Assembly: GCA_026770705.1 (NCBI GenBank)
Contig: JANJGN010000026.1
Span: 31,186,001-31,250,000 of the forward strand
DNA length: 64,000 nucleotides
From: Isurus oxyrinchus
Lineage: Eukaryota
Direction of reading: 5' to 3'
Shown here: positions 25,866-38,734 of the stretch, piece after piece
How the letters are laid out: each line of letters begins with the position of its first letter
Numbering within the stretch: position 1 is the first letter of the stretch
Translations under genes and position numbers: made by a program
Notes under the pieces: model-generated
Told to the model about the DNA's origin: nothing
Database searches by the model: none
Seen by the model: the letters and a program-made list of their open reading frames with translations, nothing else

Positions 25866-26819
25866 ATTCTCCAGTTATTTGTTTACTTGTCCACCACCAT
25901 TTACAACTGGATGTGACAGGACTGCAGAGGTAAATCCGATCGGTTTGAATTAGGAACTTCTGGACTGTATAATATAAATATTGGTACTGACTGGTGCAGT
26001 ATTAATTGAAACAGGATACATTGAAATATAAAGAGAGAGTGTTTGGTCTAACATAAAAATAAATGGAGTTCAATTTAAAAAGACAGAGACAGGGTCCCTT
26101 GCAGTATAACTGAGACAATGCCTGTTTTATAGAATGTGTCCATCAAGATTTCATGTCCATCTGCTGGCCAAAATTTGCAATTGCTACTGTGAAAATGTCG
26201 CTGTCAGGTTAGATCTTTGACATTATTGTATCAAGAATCCACTTCCCTAGATGTAATACCACATCACCTTCTGCGGGAGGTGTCAAAATTTAACAAAATT
26301 CAACTAATTACAGCTGAACGTGTTTGATTAACGCACGTTAAAGTCAGCACCAGAATAAAGCGGCCCAATTCCTGGTGATGTAACTTTGTTCATCTTGATC
26401 AAAGGGAGGGATGTTGACCAGGGAGCTGTATAGAGTTGGCGTGAGCTTTAATATCCACCTCAACAAATATAATCTTGGGAAGAGTTTATTAGTTCATGAT
26501 ACCACCTGATAGACCGTTAGGGTCATTTTCTTCAATAGTTAAGGGCTATGGAGACTCCCAGGAAGATAAGGTGACATCTTAAGTTGAAGCACAAGGTGCC
26601 ATTTTGGTCTGTGTGTGTATGAGGGAGATTGGGAGGGAGAGAAAGAGCGAGAAGCACATCACATTGTTTACAACTGAAATTCACGAAGATTCTGGACAAC
26701 ATTCCATCTATGAAAAGTCACAGATACACAATGGAAACAAACCCATTTCAGATGTGCTGATTGCTAAGGAGTTCAATCATTATGAGGCAGGCTCTGCCAC
26801 AAGTGCTGCACATGAAGCT

Positions 26820-28235
26820 ACAAAGTGTCGTTGTGGCTAGGTTTTTTTTCCGGTGTTGGCCTCGATTTCCAAACCACTTTAGCCGCTGGTCATCGTGGTG
26901 ATTCACGTCAATCCACAGGAGGTGTCGCCATTTTCCTCAGTGGTCAGTTAGTTACACTCAGTTGTGATAATCGATATTTAGGGCCTTCACTTCAAGCAGC
27001 CTTGAAGCAGAGCTTTGGGCATCCCACTGGTTGTCTGCCTCCAGCTCCCTCACCAAACAGAAAATCCTCGTGTCTGTGACCATCTTCCATCTGCGAATGT
27101 TCACAAGCCACAAAAACCACTTCTGTTTAATGAGTTCTTCAGCCTTAGGAGCTCTGCCTTTGAGAGTATCACTGCATTCGTGACTTTATCCAGCCAGTAC
27201 ATACCCATAATGCGCAGCAGGTATTGAAGATGGAAATTGTGGAGCTTCTTTACTTGATAACGGTAAATCGCCCATGTTTCACAGCCATTCAACAAGGTGC
27301 TGAGTACACAAGCCTTAAAAGCCATCAGCTTGGTCCTAAGGGTCAGTTTGATGTTATTCCAGGGGCGTTTCATGAGTCAGGCAAAGGTGGCAGCTGCTTT
27401 CCCCATGTGGGTATCAGGTTCTTCATCAAGGAACAAGCTGCCTATCACCATGGAATCCAGGGAGCGGAATTTACTTCCATCCGTTTGTTATTTAGTGTGA
27501 TCAATGACGGAAATGCAACACCTTTTCCCATGACCACGGTTTTCTCCATGTTTATAGGCAGGGAGAACAAGTTACAGGCTTGGGACAGTCAGTTCATCAG
27601 TCCTTGTGGATAAGTTTCCGTTTTGATGACAGAGTTATCAGCGTGGAGGAATTCTCTGATCAGGATTCAATGTGTTTTTGTCTTCGCTTTCTGTCTAAAA
27701 GATTGTGGAGCTTGCGGTCTGATCGAGTGTGTAAGTCGACTCCTTCCATATCGACAGGGAAGACAAAGATCAGCTGCATGAAAAAGGTACCCAACAGAGT
27801 GGGAGTTGGACACAAGCCTGTTTCACTCCATTCTTCACTCCGAATCTGTCGGAAGAAGAATCACCAATCTGTGCAGTGCAGCGCATGTTGTCATGGAAGG
27901 AGTGGATGAGACTGGGGAGCTTTGGTGAACAGCCAATTTTCCCAAAAATCTTGTAGAGTCCTGCTCTGCTGACGGTGTCTAGGGTATGGAGCAAATCATG
28001 TCCAGAGTTTATCATCTGACACAAACATCACACTGTGCTTCAGCCTGAAACCAGATGATGTCTTTAAAGCATGACCCAAGGAATGGCCTTCTCCGTGACT
28101 CTATGAGTGAGATGTCCCTGTAGTTGTTGCAGTCTCACCTGTCGGCTTTGTTTTCAGATAGTGTGGTGATTTTTGTATCATTCACCTCCTGTGGAATGAA
28201 TCTTATCTTTCAACAGAGAAGAAGGTCATAAAGGC
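26820..28235 (-). mobile_element. RTE-clade LINE fragment, decayed
   Basis: Minus ORFs: LTLRTKLMAFKACVLSTLLNGCETW..HLQYLLRIMG and DTVSRAGL..IGC..KL..LIHSFHDNM..GVKQ. Confidence 0.85.
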
Positions 28236-28244
28236 GGAGAAAGG

Positions 28245-28505
28245 CAAATAATTATCAACACCAACCTTTATCAATTCCCAAAGGTGAATAATTATATTCA
28301 AGAATTATCATCAATTCGCAAAGATAAATAAGTATATTCACCAATTAGCATCAATTCACAACGATAAATAATTATATTCACCAATTATCATTAACCCACA
28401 AATATAAATAATTATATTCACCAATTGCCATCAATTCACAAGACAAATAATTAAGCTCAGAAATTATCATCCATTCACAAAGATTAATAATTGCATGAGC
28501 CAATC
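28245..28505 (+). repeat. AT-rich 40-bp tandem repeat, ~6 copies
   Basis: Unit ATTATCATCAATTCACAAAGATAAATAATTATATTCACCA. Confidence 0.9.
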
Positions 28506-29244
28506 ATTTTCAGCATTTTATTCCATTCAAATGTAATTGCGATTCATTTAATATCATTAACATTGATAGACCATTCTGTCAGCAATGAATTACATCTGAC
28601 CCAGAATTAAGTGGGAAATGGAATTAAACCAGACCGAGGTTAATGAGCAGCTATCCAGCAGCCACTGCGCTTTATTGACAAGTAATCACCTCATCATCAC
28701 ACAGAAACTCCTGATATGTAACTGGAGTGTGTGAGGATTTGTAAAGTGATGGTAAAAAGAAAACTACCTGGACCTGACTATAAGTTAATGCGTCTCTCCA
28801 GTGATTAATATATGTTACCTTCACTAATTTGGGTGAGGATATGTTGAATGTTTTGTTGTACATGCAAGGACCACATATTTCAAATATTACAATCCTCCAT
28901 CCTAAACCGAATTATATACCCGCTTTCTGTCTGAAAGATGATGATTTACCATCAGCGGGGAAGAATCATCAGTACTGCAGAGACATCTCCAGCCTTCTCT
29001 TGTGACGTTTAGCTCGTTAGCCTGGGGATGGAATACATCCAGAAAATCTGGAGGCACTGAAGGTATTAGACTGATAGAAATAAAATACTGAACCTGCTTC
29101 AAGATATAAAGTAGTCATGCACCAAGATGGGAAGGTAGAACAGCATTTTTCAGGCGCGCCGATCGATACGTCGGTCAACCCATTCATTGATTCCTTAATC
29201 AAAATATTCAGGCATCCAACTACCATTCATCCCTCCATTCTTTG

Positions 29245-29610
29245 GCAGATGGTTGTGTTGTATTAATGTCACTGGATAAGCAACGAAGACACGAATACAA
29301 ATCCCACCATAGCAGCTGGTGGAATTTAAATTCAATAATAAATCTGTAATTGAAAGCTGGTCCAGTGAAGGAAACCGTGAAACCACCATCGATTGTGGAA
29401 AAAAACTCATCTGATTCACTAATGTCCTTAAGGAAAGGAAATCTGCCACTGTACCTAGTCTGGCCTACATGTGACTCCAGATCCGCAGCAACATGATGGA
29501 CTCTAACTGCCCTCTGAAATGGCCGAGCAAGGCACTCAGTTCAAAGGCAATTAGGGACAGGCAACAAATGCTGGCCTTGCCAATGATTCCCAAATACCGT
29601 GAAAGAGTAA
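29245..29610 (+). mobile_element. HE1-like SINE
   Basis: aatgtcactgga..caaatcccaccatagcagctggtggaatttaaattc..gtgactccag..ggcaattagggacaggcaacaaatgctggccttgcc. Confidence 0.85.
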
Positions 29611-31319
29611 AGGGGCAAAAAAGTCACACAAATGTATATGTTTGACTGTTAAAAACATGTCTCTCTGAGTCCTCTCTAATAGTCTGTCTGTAATTCTTTC
29701 CATCCATCCATCAGACTTTTATGATGTGTTGGAGAGATCCTCCAATGAGCTATTGTTGCTAACAGGGTGTCAGAGAAGCTGGATAACTTTTCTTCCCTGA
29801 GAGATGGGAACAGTTCACATAGGTTCACAACTTAAAAAATAAAAGTAACTCCAGTGTTGTTGCTGGGTAGATCTGTTAATAAATAGGCTTTGTTGACAAT
29901 GCTAAGGGTTTGAAGTTGGCTTGCAGCCAAGCGGCCAGTTCTGAGGAAACAGATCTTTGATTAACTGCACAAACCCCCCAGATGCTTCCTGTAAACAACA
30001 TCGGACATTCGACCCTCCCTGACTGCAGCTGGCTGGCTTGCTTCCAAATACTGTGTGGGTCGGATTAGCCGGGATATGATTGAACAAAATGGCTTTAGCC
30101 ATTCAAACAATAAATATTTCTGTGGCACAGGAAAGGCACATTTTAAATGGTACTTCATTAAAGGAAATATTTGAATGAATGCCGTGTTCACTGTGAAATT
30201 AAACTCGATCAGAAAATATTAAATTCACCACATATTACTTAATTTATATTATTTCTAAGTAAAGGACATTCCAGTTATTAAAGCTGGTTTATTAAGAACT
30301 TCATGGAGTGCGAGAGAGCGATGTTGATGGTCTCAATCCCCCAGTCTAATGAGTTAAGTAGAATGGAAAAAAATTAAAAGAAATTAAATTAAAAGAACAT
30401 CATAGAATTGTATTGAACCTGCAGGAATTCCTTGAATATTCCTCCAGTTGTGCACCTCATTTAGCCTGTGGTGTCCCTTATACCTCATTAGTACCGTGAA
30501 CTGTACAGTTTACTTTGTGATGATTTCGATTATTTAACAGTCCCTCTCATAGCTGCCAATGAGTGGAGAAATGATAAGTTCGTGACCAGATAAAACATTT
30601 ATTCTTGTGATATTGTGTAATATGCCGCAAAGTCCTGATATCCTGTGTTCCCAATACCAGTGAATGGTAGACAGCGGGAGGCCAATAAAATTAGCTGCAA
30701 TGATTTGGATGCTGAAGGATAACTTTTCTGATCTCCGTGTCTGTTCTGATTCATTAACTTCTTTGTCAAAAGTTGATGTAAATTTTACGTTTCTCTGTAA
30801 ACTTACTGTTGACTTATCAGGCAGGCGGGCTTCTTTTATCGCTAATTTTCACAGGGCTGTCTTTGGAACTGGGCAGATCGAGAAATGCAAGGAGAGGCAT
30901 TGTATAATGTGAGGAGATTCTTCTTATCTTCGGATCCAAATTGTACAGCGATAGCCACCCTGGCTGTAAATAGAATCACTTTGTTCATCCCCCGCATTTA
31001 GTTACAAAATCAATAATAATTCCTATGACTGATGACACTTAATTATTGTAGTGAGATATAGACCCGGGGTTGCTGCAAAACAGACTGACCTTTATTCCCT
31101 GATACTGTAATTTTTTTAGGCTCAACCCCGGGGGCAGTAGTGTAGAAATAAATGGACTTAATTTAGAATGGAATTAGATTTTTATTAATAGACGCTCAAA
31201 TGCAATTTCGCCATTAGAACCAATGGAGACATTACAATGAATCCATTCAGCCAAATATCCCGATACAGATAAAATTTCCACTTTTCACAATAACCTATTG
31301 TAAATATCGAGTCCATTCT

Positions 31320-31410
31320 GGTGGGGCGTGGATCCAGTCGCCGCCTCCACCAGGGAATCAATAGGCGGCGCCTGGAAACCCGCCCCTTTCTGCCGGGTAT
31401 TTAAATGCCA
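31320..31410 (+). promoter_or_regulatory. Putative VH promoter (TATA-like + GC boxes)
   Basis: TATTTAAA at 31398-31405; GC boxes GGGGCGTGG 31323-31331 and CCCGCCCC 31379-31386; ~85 bp upstream of the first ATG. Confidence 0.65.
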
Positions 31411-31484
31411 CTCACTGGGGCCGGAATCCAACAGTCCGGGAGCTGGTTTGTTCACTGAGTTCTGGACAGAACCATTTTCCCCAA

Positions 31485-31542
31485 ATGACCAAAACGATGA
31501 GGTCGGCGATTTCTCTCAGTTTGTTGCTGACTTTCTTATCCC
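31485..31542 (+). CDS. IGHV: IgH V leader exon
   Basis: (MTKT)MRSAISLSLLLTFLS-R signal peptide, ATGs at 31485 and 31497; phase-1 donor GTGAGT at 31543. Confidence 0.93.
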
Positions 31543-31671
31543 GTGAGTAGTTTTTTATTGTCCAAGTCTCTCACTGTTACTGTCTCAGTGTTAGTCTCTC
31601 TCTGGAATGTTAGAGAGTCAGAAATCATTTCACCAGGATTAATCCTCGGGGTTTTTGATTTATTTTTACAG

Positions 31672-31976
31672 GTGTTCAGTCGGAGGTTGTGTTGACTCAG
31701 CCAGAGGCAGAGACCGGGCGTCCCGGAGGCTCCCTGAGACTGACCTGTAAAACCAGCGGCTTCGATCTTGGCAGCTACACCATGTACTGGGTCCGACAGG
31801 TTCCCGGACAGGGGCTGGAGTGGCTGCTTTACTACTATAGTTCATCCAGCAACAACTATGCCCCAGCAATTAAGAATCGATTCACTGCGTCCAAAGACAC
31901 TTCAAGGAACATCTTCTCCTTGGACATGACGAGCCTGAAGACTGAAGACACCGCCATCTATTACTGTGCAAGACAC
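31672..31976 (+). CDS. IGHV: IgM heavy-chain variable segment (germline, open)
   Basis: Acceptor ttttacag ends 31671. [59 protein letters not shown]. Confidence 0.98.
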
Positions 31977-32015
31977 CACAGCGAGAGGAACCAGGGCTGG
32001 ACCCGAACAAGAACA
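31977..32015 (+). other. VH 23-RSS
   Basis: CACAGCG - 23 bp - ACAAGAACA. Confidence 0.95.
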
Positions 32016-32385
32016 GATCGAGAGAAACTCAACAACTGCCATCGTAACCTGACGGTCAGTACCTGTTTTAAATGTAATATTAACTGTAATGATCAGAACC
32101 CGACAACAAGTCGCTTCTGACCAAAGTAAAGCAGCAAATTTAACTGTAAAACCTAACAAACCAATCGATATAATGGGCTGAGCTTTTGGCTGTGCTTACA
32201 TTTACTGTTAATAGTTTCCACAATTACAGACATAGATATAATGTTCATTTTAATATGTCTGATACTTGGACGGGATCACTCTACATTGAGTTTTGTAAAT
32301 TGCTGCATAAATACTAAACTAGATCAGAAGTAAACGTCTATTTGAAGTAAATATTGCGAGGCAGCACTGAACAGAGAGTGGGTGC

Positions 32386-32465
32386 AGTTTTTGTGCTGGT
32401 GTATTTCACTGTGTTACGACAGCGGGTCACAGTGCTGTGCACAGCGACATCCTCATACAAAAACT
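32386..32465 (+). other. IGHD: D1 segment (32414-32427, TTACGACAGCGGGT) with 5' 12-RSS and 3' 22-RSS
   Basis: AGTTTTTGT-12-CACTGTG [D1] CACAGTG-22-ACAAAAACT. Confidence 0.95.
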
Positions 32466-32774
32466 TCAGAAAGAGTTTGTTCAAATTGGTGATCACGATC
32501 ACAACAGGAAAAGTCAAAGAAAATGGGAGCTAAATAAAATAATGGGTATAAGTAATATTGGTTTGCAAAAATATATAAAAGTATTCCGCTTTGTTTGTGT
32601 TTACGGACACGCTAAATCTTCACAGAGGCTTTTAAAGACCTCCAGTCACATTTAAAATATAATGACCAGCACAGGCTGAAATATCTCACTGATTCACACT
32701 TCAGCGAGTCGAAATCAGGTTTTTGAGAGCGCAGTGAAATTAAATCTCTGTATTTACAGTTAACAGTCTGCCAC

Positions 32775-32843
32775 AGTATTTGACATGGTGTCTCTCACTG
32801 TGATATACTGGATGGCACAGCAGTTACTGTCAATACAAAAACC
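32775..32843 (+). other. IGHD: D2 segment (32803-32815, ATATACTGGATGG) with 12-RSS on both sides
   Basis: AGTATTTGA-12-CACTGTG [D2] CACAGCA-12-ACAAAAACC. Confidence 0.93.
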
Positions 32844-33173
32844 CCTCAGCACTAATTGAGTCTGCCTGGGTCAGTGCTCGCTTTTACAATCCAACTATAT
32901 GTACAGTGAAGTATTATTTCTGTCCAGCAATGCCCACAAAAACATGGTTTAAGATGGAAAAGCTGTGATAATTACCCATTCATCAGTTGGTGAACTCAAT
33001 AACATGTTCATGTGTTATTCTGTGAATTATAAAAGATGAGGATCATTGATGAATAGCTAAAGATATCTACAAACGCAAATATAATTTCGTGAAGATTCAT
33101 CGTGACCTCGCTTTGCCTCTGACTTATGATTATTTAAAATAATGGTGGATTTCTGTCTTTTTGCTGCAGGGAC

Positions 33174-33212
33174 AGTTATTGTATGGCACAGCCCAGGGAA
33201 TGTAACACTGTG
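33174..33212 (-). other. JH 23-RSS
   Basis: Plus strand reads AGTTATTGT - 23 bp - CACTGTG. Confidence 0.93.
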
Positions 33213-33260
33213 ACGCTATGGGCTACTGGGGCCAAGGGACCATGATGACGGTGACTGCCG
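33213..33260 (+). CDS. IGHJ: JH segment
   Basis: AMGYWGQGTMMTVTA (WGxG motif); phase-1 donor GTAAGT at 33261. Confidence 0.97.
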
Positions 33261-36200
33261 GTAAGTACTACACATTTATTTAGTAACTGTTTTATTTGAG
33301 TCTTTGCTTTGTTTTTTGTCTATTTTAATAATTAATTCATCTAATGAAACCTGGGTTTGGTGGATTCTGTGTGCAGAATTTTTTTACAATATTTCATGTG
33401 ATTCTGCTTAAATTGAATTATATGATTCCGCTGTGTCTTGATAAATAGCGCTGCTGAGGGATTCGGTCCCTGGTTGTTGTGATTTGGTGTTTATCTGCTG
33501 AGGATAATGTGTGGTCGGGCTACTTGAAATATCTAACGTTTGTTAAAACAGTTTGACGTTTCTGCAATGTTTAATCTCGGTAACATCTAATGGCTGAGGG
33601 TTTTACCATCTATTGCACAAGGGTTTAAACAAGTTTGAAATCAAACCCAATATTAACAAAATGTGCTTGAATTTCAATATAAATTCATTGAATATGTTCC
33701 GCCTACTCACAATGCTGTTGACATTATTCCATATTTCTGTTTAGTTTAATAATTCATACATTTGCTGACGAGCGGATTGCCTGGATTCGACATTGAGATT
33801 TTCTTGCAATGTTGCAATGAATTCTGTTGGAAGTGTTTGTAGAATTGAACTGCTTCTTCTTGAAACGGGTTTCAGCCCCTCAGTGATGTGATTTGGTGTT
33901 TTTCTGCTGAGGAGGTTGTGTGTCTGGGTGACTTTGAATTAGTTGAATTTATGAAACGGTTTGGCGGTTCTGCTTTGTTTAAACTCGGTCACATTGAGCG
34001 GTTACACGTTTTGCGATTGAATCGAAGCAGCCTACGCGTTTGTATCTGCATGAAGCGCGATTGTAGGCAGAATACAGACAGGTTTCAGAAATGGGCAAAA
34101 AAAGCATTTACAGATGTGTTAGCACATTTTGTCTTTATTTTAAGTGTAATTGCAGAATAAACTAAACCATGGATTATGACGCTCATTCAGAACATAATTC
34201 GTTACTGCATTTAGAAACTATACAATTGCCAAGTTTTCAAATTGTACAGTAAAGTTAATACAATTCAAACGATTATAATGTGTTAATATTTCTCCATATT
34301 GATGGAGCAGCTTTCATATTAACCTAATTGATCATTAATCGGCTTTCACAATTCTGCTGTGCTCTGCGCACAATTAACATGATCGGGAAAGTTTTTAGGC
34401 TGGAAACATTTTGTGATTATGCATGAAAAAATCTCAGTAAGAACATACTGATTCTACAGAAGTGTTCAGTTTCAGACGAGATTTTGAATTACTTTTTTAT
34501 GTCCCTGATAACATTTGCCTTGACTTAGATGAGTTTGTTATTGCAGTTTGGCAATATGTCTTTTCGGTTATCACATTCTTTCTGTGCAGCCGTAACCACA
34601 TTATTCCTTCAATGTCATTGGGATTTGAATAGCGAGATAATTGTCACTAATCTAATTTTAAACAGTTTAATAGGGGGTATAATTCGCTGGCAGTAAAGGA
34701 ATTGTTCTTGCATTTTTTTAAACTGTAAGAAGGTGCAGACAGCAGATAAATAGAGATTGACAAGTAAAAGCTTGAAATTCGAACAGATTAATTTAATTGC
34801 AAACATTAGTATTAGTTTTGTACTTAACAACAACATCCTGTCTCCCATTGCTGTGCTGTACACAGAATAGAATTATAGGAGAAGAACAGATTATATCTGA
34901 GATTCATGCTTAATTCTTATTAAATATTAAATTGAAGGACAAAATCTGGAATCAATCTGCATGTTATATTTTAGTGGTGCAGATGATCTGAATGAATTGT
35001 TCTCATCAAGTTTTATACTGATCAATTTGGATCTTCTTTCAGTGAACAATATAATTAACAATAAATTATAGGGATTGTTATCTAGGAAGCAATTTTATTG
35101 ATAATAAGTAACTGCCAGGAAGATTTGTTTACATATAGCTTGGAGTTAAGACAAGTTTAATTCAGCAAACAGGTGATATTACACCTCATCGACAGTTAAT
35201 GCGATGTGACCCCGGTCAGAGTTGAAAGTGTTTCAAATATTCAACTCATAAATTCGTCATGTGAATTGCTTGATGAGAATAGATGGAATTTATGATTTCT
35301 CAATTTGTTCAGAAACGCATAGTTTATCATTTTGTCTGTTAAAACAGAGCATGAGAAGTAAAAATAAAATAGTAAATATTGATCAGATTTAAGTAAAATT
35401 GATATACTTCCCTGAATGTTACCATCTAGTAATTTGAAGTATATTGTTTAACATTGTTTCAGTGTCAGGTTGATTTAAATAAACCTCAATTATTTCACAA
35501 AGTACCAAGGAGAAACAAATTTTCAATCATTGAAAATTATTTTTATTATAAAGTAGAAATCAGCTAACAAGAAAATGAATTGACAATAACAAGATAATTA
35601 ACTTACAATATAATATTAGTGATAATTAATTCAACATATATGAAGTCCAACAATTAAATAGTATATTGGACATTATAGTGAATGCAAAATCTCAAAGGGT
35701 GGAGAGAATTTTGAATTGTATCCAAAATGAATTCAGAAAAGAATACTTTTCTTATTCAGCTGTGCTCAGCTCGATAATGTGTTGATGTTTTGATTGGATA
35801 TATTTATAGCTAAAATCAAATGAAATCAGTAGGTAATCAGTTTTCAATGTGAATGTTTCCTGATTTGTTTAATTCTTACTCTGTCATTGAGTCTTTATTA
35901 CGGACAACCAAATATCTTGAATCTGTAGTATTTGCTGTGCTCATTTTCAGGGTAACTTAATCGTACATTGTTTGGAGATTTGAGTCAGACGGAGAATTAA
36001 ATGGAATTCAAAGGGAGTTTTGAAATGAAAATCAGTTTAATTTCAAAGAAGTTATAGAATAATTGTAACAAATTGACCATTGATCAATTAGAATCAAACA
36101 GCTTGAGTGAAATGGACAGATTGAACAGATCTATCTGCTGGGAACTCTAATGTTGCACCATTTGTGTCTGTTCTGTTTCTGTGTGCGTGGTCACTGTGCT

Positions 36201-36569
36201 GGGACCAGGAATCTTCCTGACTGGTTGTTAACCTTCTGGTTCACTCTCCTATATTTCAGGAAGTGCAGTTCGATTTATTTCTTCACAAATCTTGTATTTG
36301 TGAGAGATGTGAAAGTTTGACTTTTTGACCAGGTGCCTCAGAAATGAGATGCCCAACCCATTGTGACAGTCAGAAAGGACAATTCAGAAATGGCAGACAG
36401 ACTGTCGAAGGAGATTTGGTTGATTTCAAGCCAGTGATGTTTCTGTTTTGGGAGTGTTCAGTTAGGCAATACAGAGAGAGTTTTATCCTATTTTAATCCG
36501 TGCTGTAACAGTCCTTGACCTATTTGGTTGGACAAGGTTGAGGAAGAAATCTTATTTTTAATCCTATCA

Positions 36570-37150
36570 TAGGATGTTAGGGTCGCTGGCGAGGCCAGCA
36601 TTTGTTGCCCATCCTAATTGCCCATCCTTGGAAGTGTTGAAATGCCACCTCCTTGAATAGCTGCAGGTTCACTCACAGTTCTGTCAGGTCGGGAGTTCCA
36701 GGATTTTGACCCATTGACAGTGAAGGAACAGTGATATAGTTCCAAGTCAGGATGTTCAGTGTCTTGGAGGGGAACATACAGCTGGCGGTGTTTCAAGCAC
36801 ATGCTGCCCTTGTCCTTCTAGTTGAGAGAGGTTGCGGGTTTTGAAGGAGCCTTGGCGAGTTGCTGCAGTGCATCTTGTATATGGTACACACTGCAGTCAC
36901 TGTGCGTTGGTGGGGGAGGGAGGGAATGTTTAAGGTAGTGGATTGGGTACCAATTCTGTGGGCTGCTTTGTCCTGGATAGTTTCGAGTTTCTTGGGGTTT
37001 TTTTTGAAGTTTCACACATTGAGGCAAGCGGAAACTATTCAATCCCAGTCCTGACTTGAGCCTTGTAGATGGTCAGTTTTCTTTGGGCAATAAGAGTTGA
37101 ATTACTCGCCACAGAATTCCCAGCCTCTGACCGGCTCCTGCAGCACAGCA
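36570..37150 (-). mobile_element. HER1-like LINE 3' end / HE1-related tail
   Basis: ggccagcatttgttgcccatcctaattgccc..gggagttccaggattttgaccc..gctgcagtgcatcttgtatatggtacaca; homologous to 24430-24600 and 60870-61170. Confidence 0.8.
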
Positions 37151-37924
37151 CTGATATCAAAATCGGATTGAACCATCTCCTGGGCATATTTGATGGAACA
37201 ATGTAGAGAGAGTTTTATTTTATGTCAAACCAGTGCTGTACATGCCCCGGAGTGTTTGACAATTCAGTGGAGAGTTGGCTTTCTGTTGAATCCCACCCTT
37301 GCAGCTGGTGACAGGAGTGTACTGGGGGAGGAGTGGGGAATTTAATCCATATCTTAACTTGTCCTGTTCCTGACCTGGGAGTCTTCTCCCTGCAGAGGTC
37401 AGACAAACTGAATCAGCATCGAACTAACTGGCCATGGTTTTTCGAGCCGGATCTGTGAAAATAAGTTGCTCCATTGCTCAGTTGAAATAACACACGTTAT
37501 TTTTAACAATATTTCTGGAGAGAACATGCATAAATTTTAATAAATTAATTATGTTTAAGCATTTTGAGTATCAGAAAATCATTGAACGTGAGTGAGCTGA
37601 ACTTGAGCACAATTTCAGAACAAACAGGATCAGGGAGTGACAGTGAGGCTCCAGAGAGCAGCGCCAGTTCTGATTGGATCAGAGGCTGCGAGATATTTGA
37701 ACAGTTGGAATGGACAATGACCAGACTCCCGCTCCAAATAACCAGCCACGGGGGATTTGGGGAAAAGGAGCCATCATCAAAAACTGAGCCACTGGATTGC
37801 CGCCTGCAGGGAGAGGAATGAACTACAGAAATGAGAGCATGAGGAGGACATTCGGCCCTTCGGTCCTGCCCGTCATTCAGCAAGATCATGGGCTGATCTA
37901 TCTCGATACGCTCAGTTTCATTAC

Positions 37925-38734
37925 CACACACCCTCACTAGCTCACTCTCTCTGTCACACAGGCTCTCTCTCATACACATGCACACACACTCTCCCTTTCT
38001 CTCTCTGTCACACACACACACACACACTCACATTCACTCTCTCACACACAAACTCCCTTTAACACGCACACACTCTGTCCCTCACACATTGCCTCTCTAT
38101 TTCACACACATTCTCACACAGACGCTCACATTCTCTCATACACATACTCTCTCAACTGCGCACACACGTGCACACTTTCTCCCACACACATACATGCACT
38201 CTTTCTTTCTCACACATGCACTCTCACACATGCATTCTCTCTCTCTCACACACACACACACACTCTCTTTTACACACAGCCACTCTCCATCTCACATACA
38301 TGCACCCTCTCTCCCACACACACATATACACTCTCAGTTCTCCCGCTCTCTCACACACAGACACATAACACTCTCTCACACACACACACACATCCTCATT
38401 CTCTCTCTCTCTGACGCACACAGAAACACAAACACATTCCCTCACACAAACACACACAAACACACACACTGTTCCTCTCACACACATACTCACTCTCATT
38501 CTCTCTCTCTCTCTCATGCACACACACACTCTCTCTCTGACACACACACTGGCTCTCTCTTTCACACACTCTTTCTCTTGCACACACACACTCTCTCACA
38601 CACTTATACTACATATCACTCACACCCCTACACTCTCTCTCTCACACACACACAAACACATTCACTCTCTCTCTCACACATGCTCTCTCCCTCAGACACT
38701 CTCACGCTTATACTCCCTATGACACTTCCCTCTC
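37925..38734. repeat. Compound (CA)n/(CT)n microsatellite
   Basis: Directly visible; ends at the assembly gap. Confidence 0.97.

Noticed and set aside
32718-32726. GGTTTTTGA nonamer suggesting a third D segment
   Set aside because: No heptamer at 12 or 22-23 bp spacing.
36160-36198. CACTGTG in the J-C intron suggesting a second J
   Set aside because: No nonamer at correct spacing and no WGxG frame after it.
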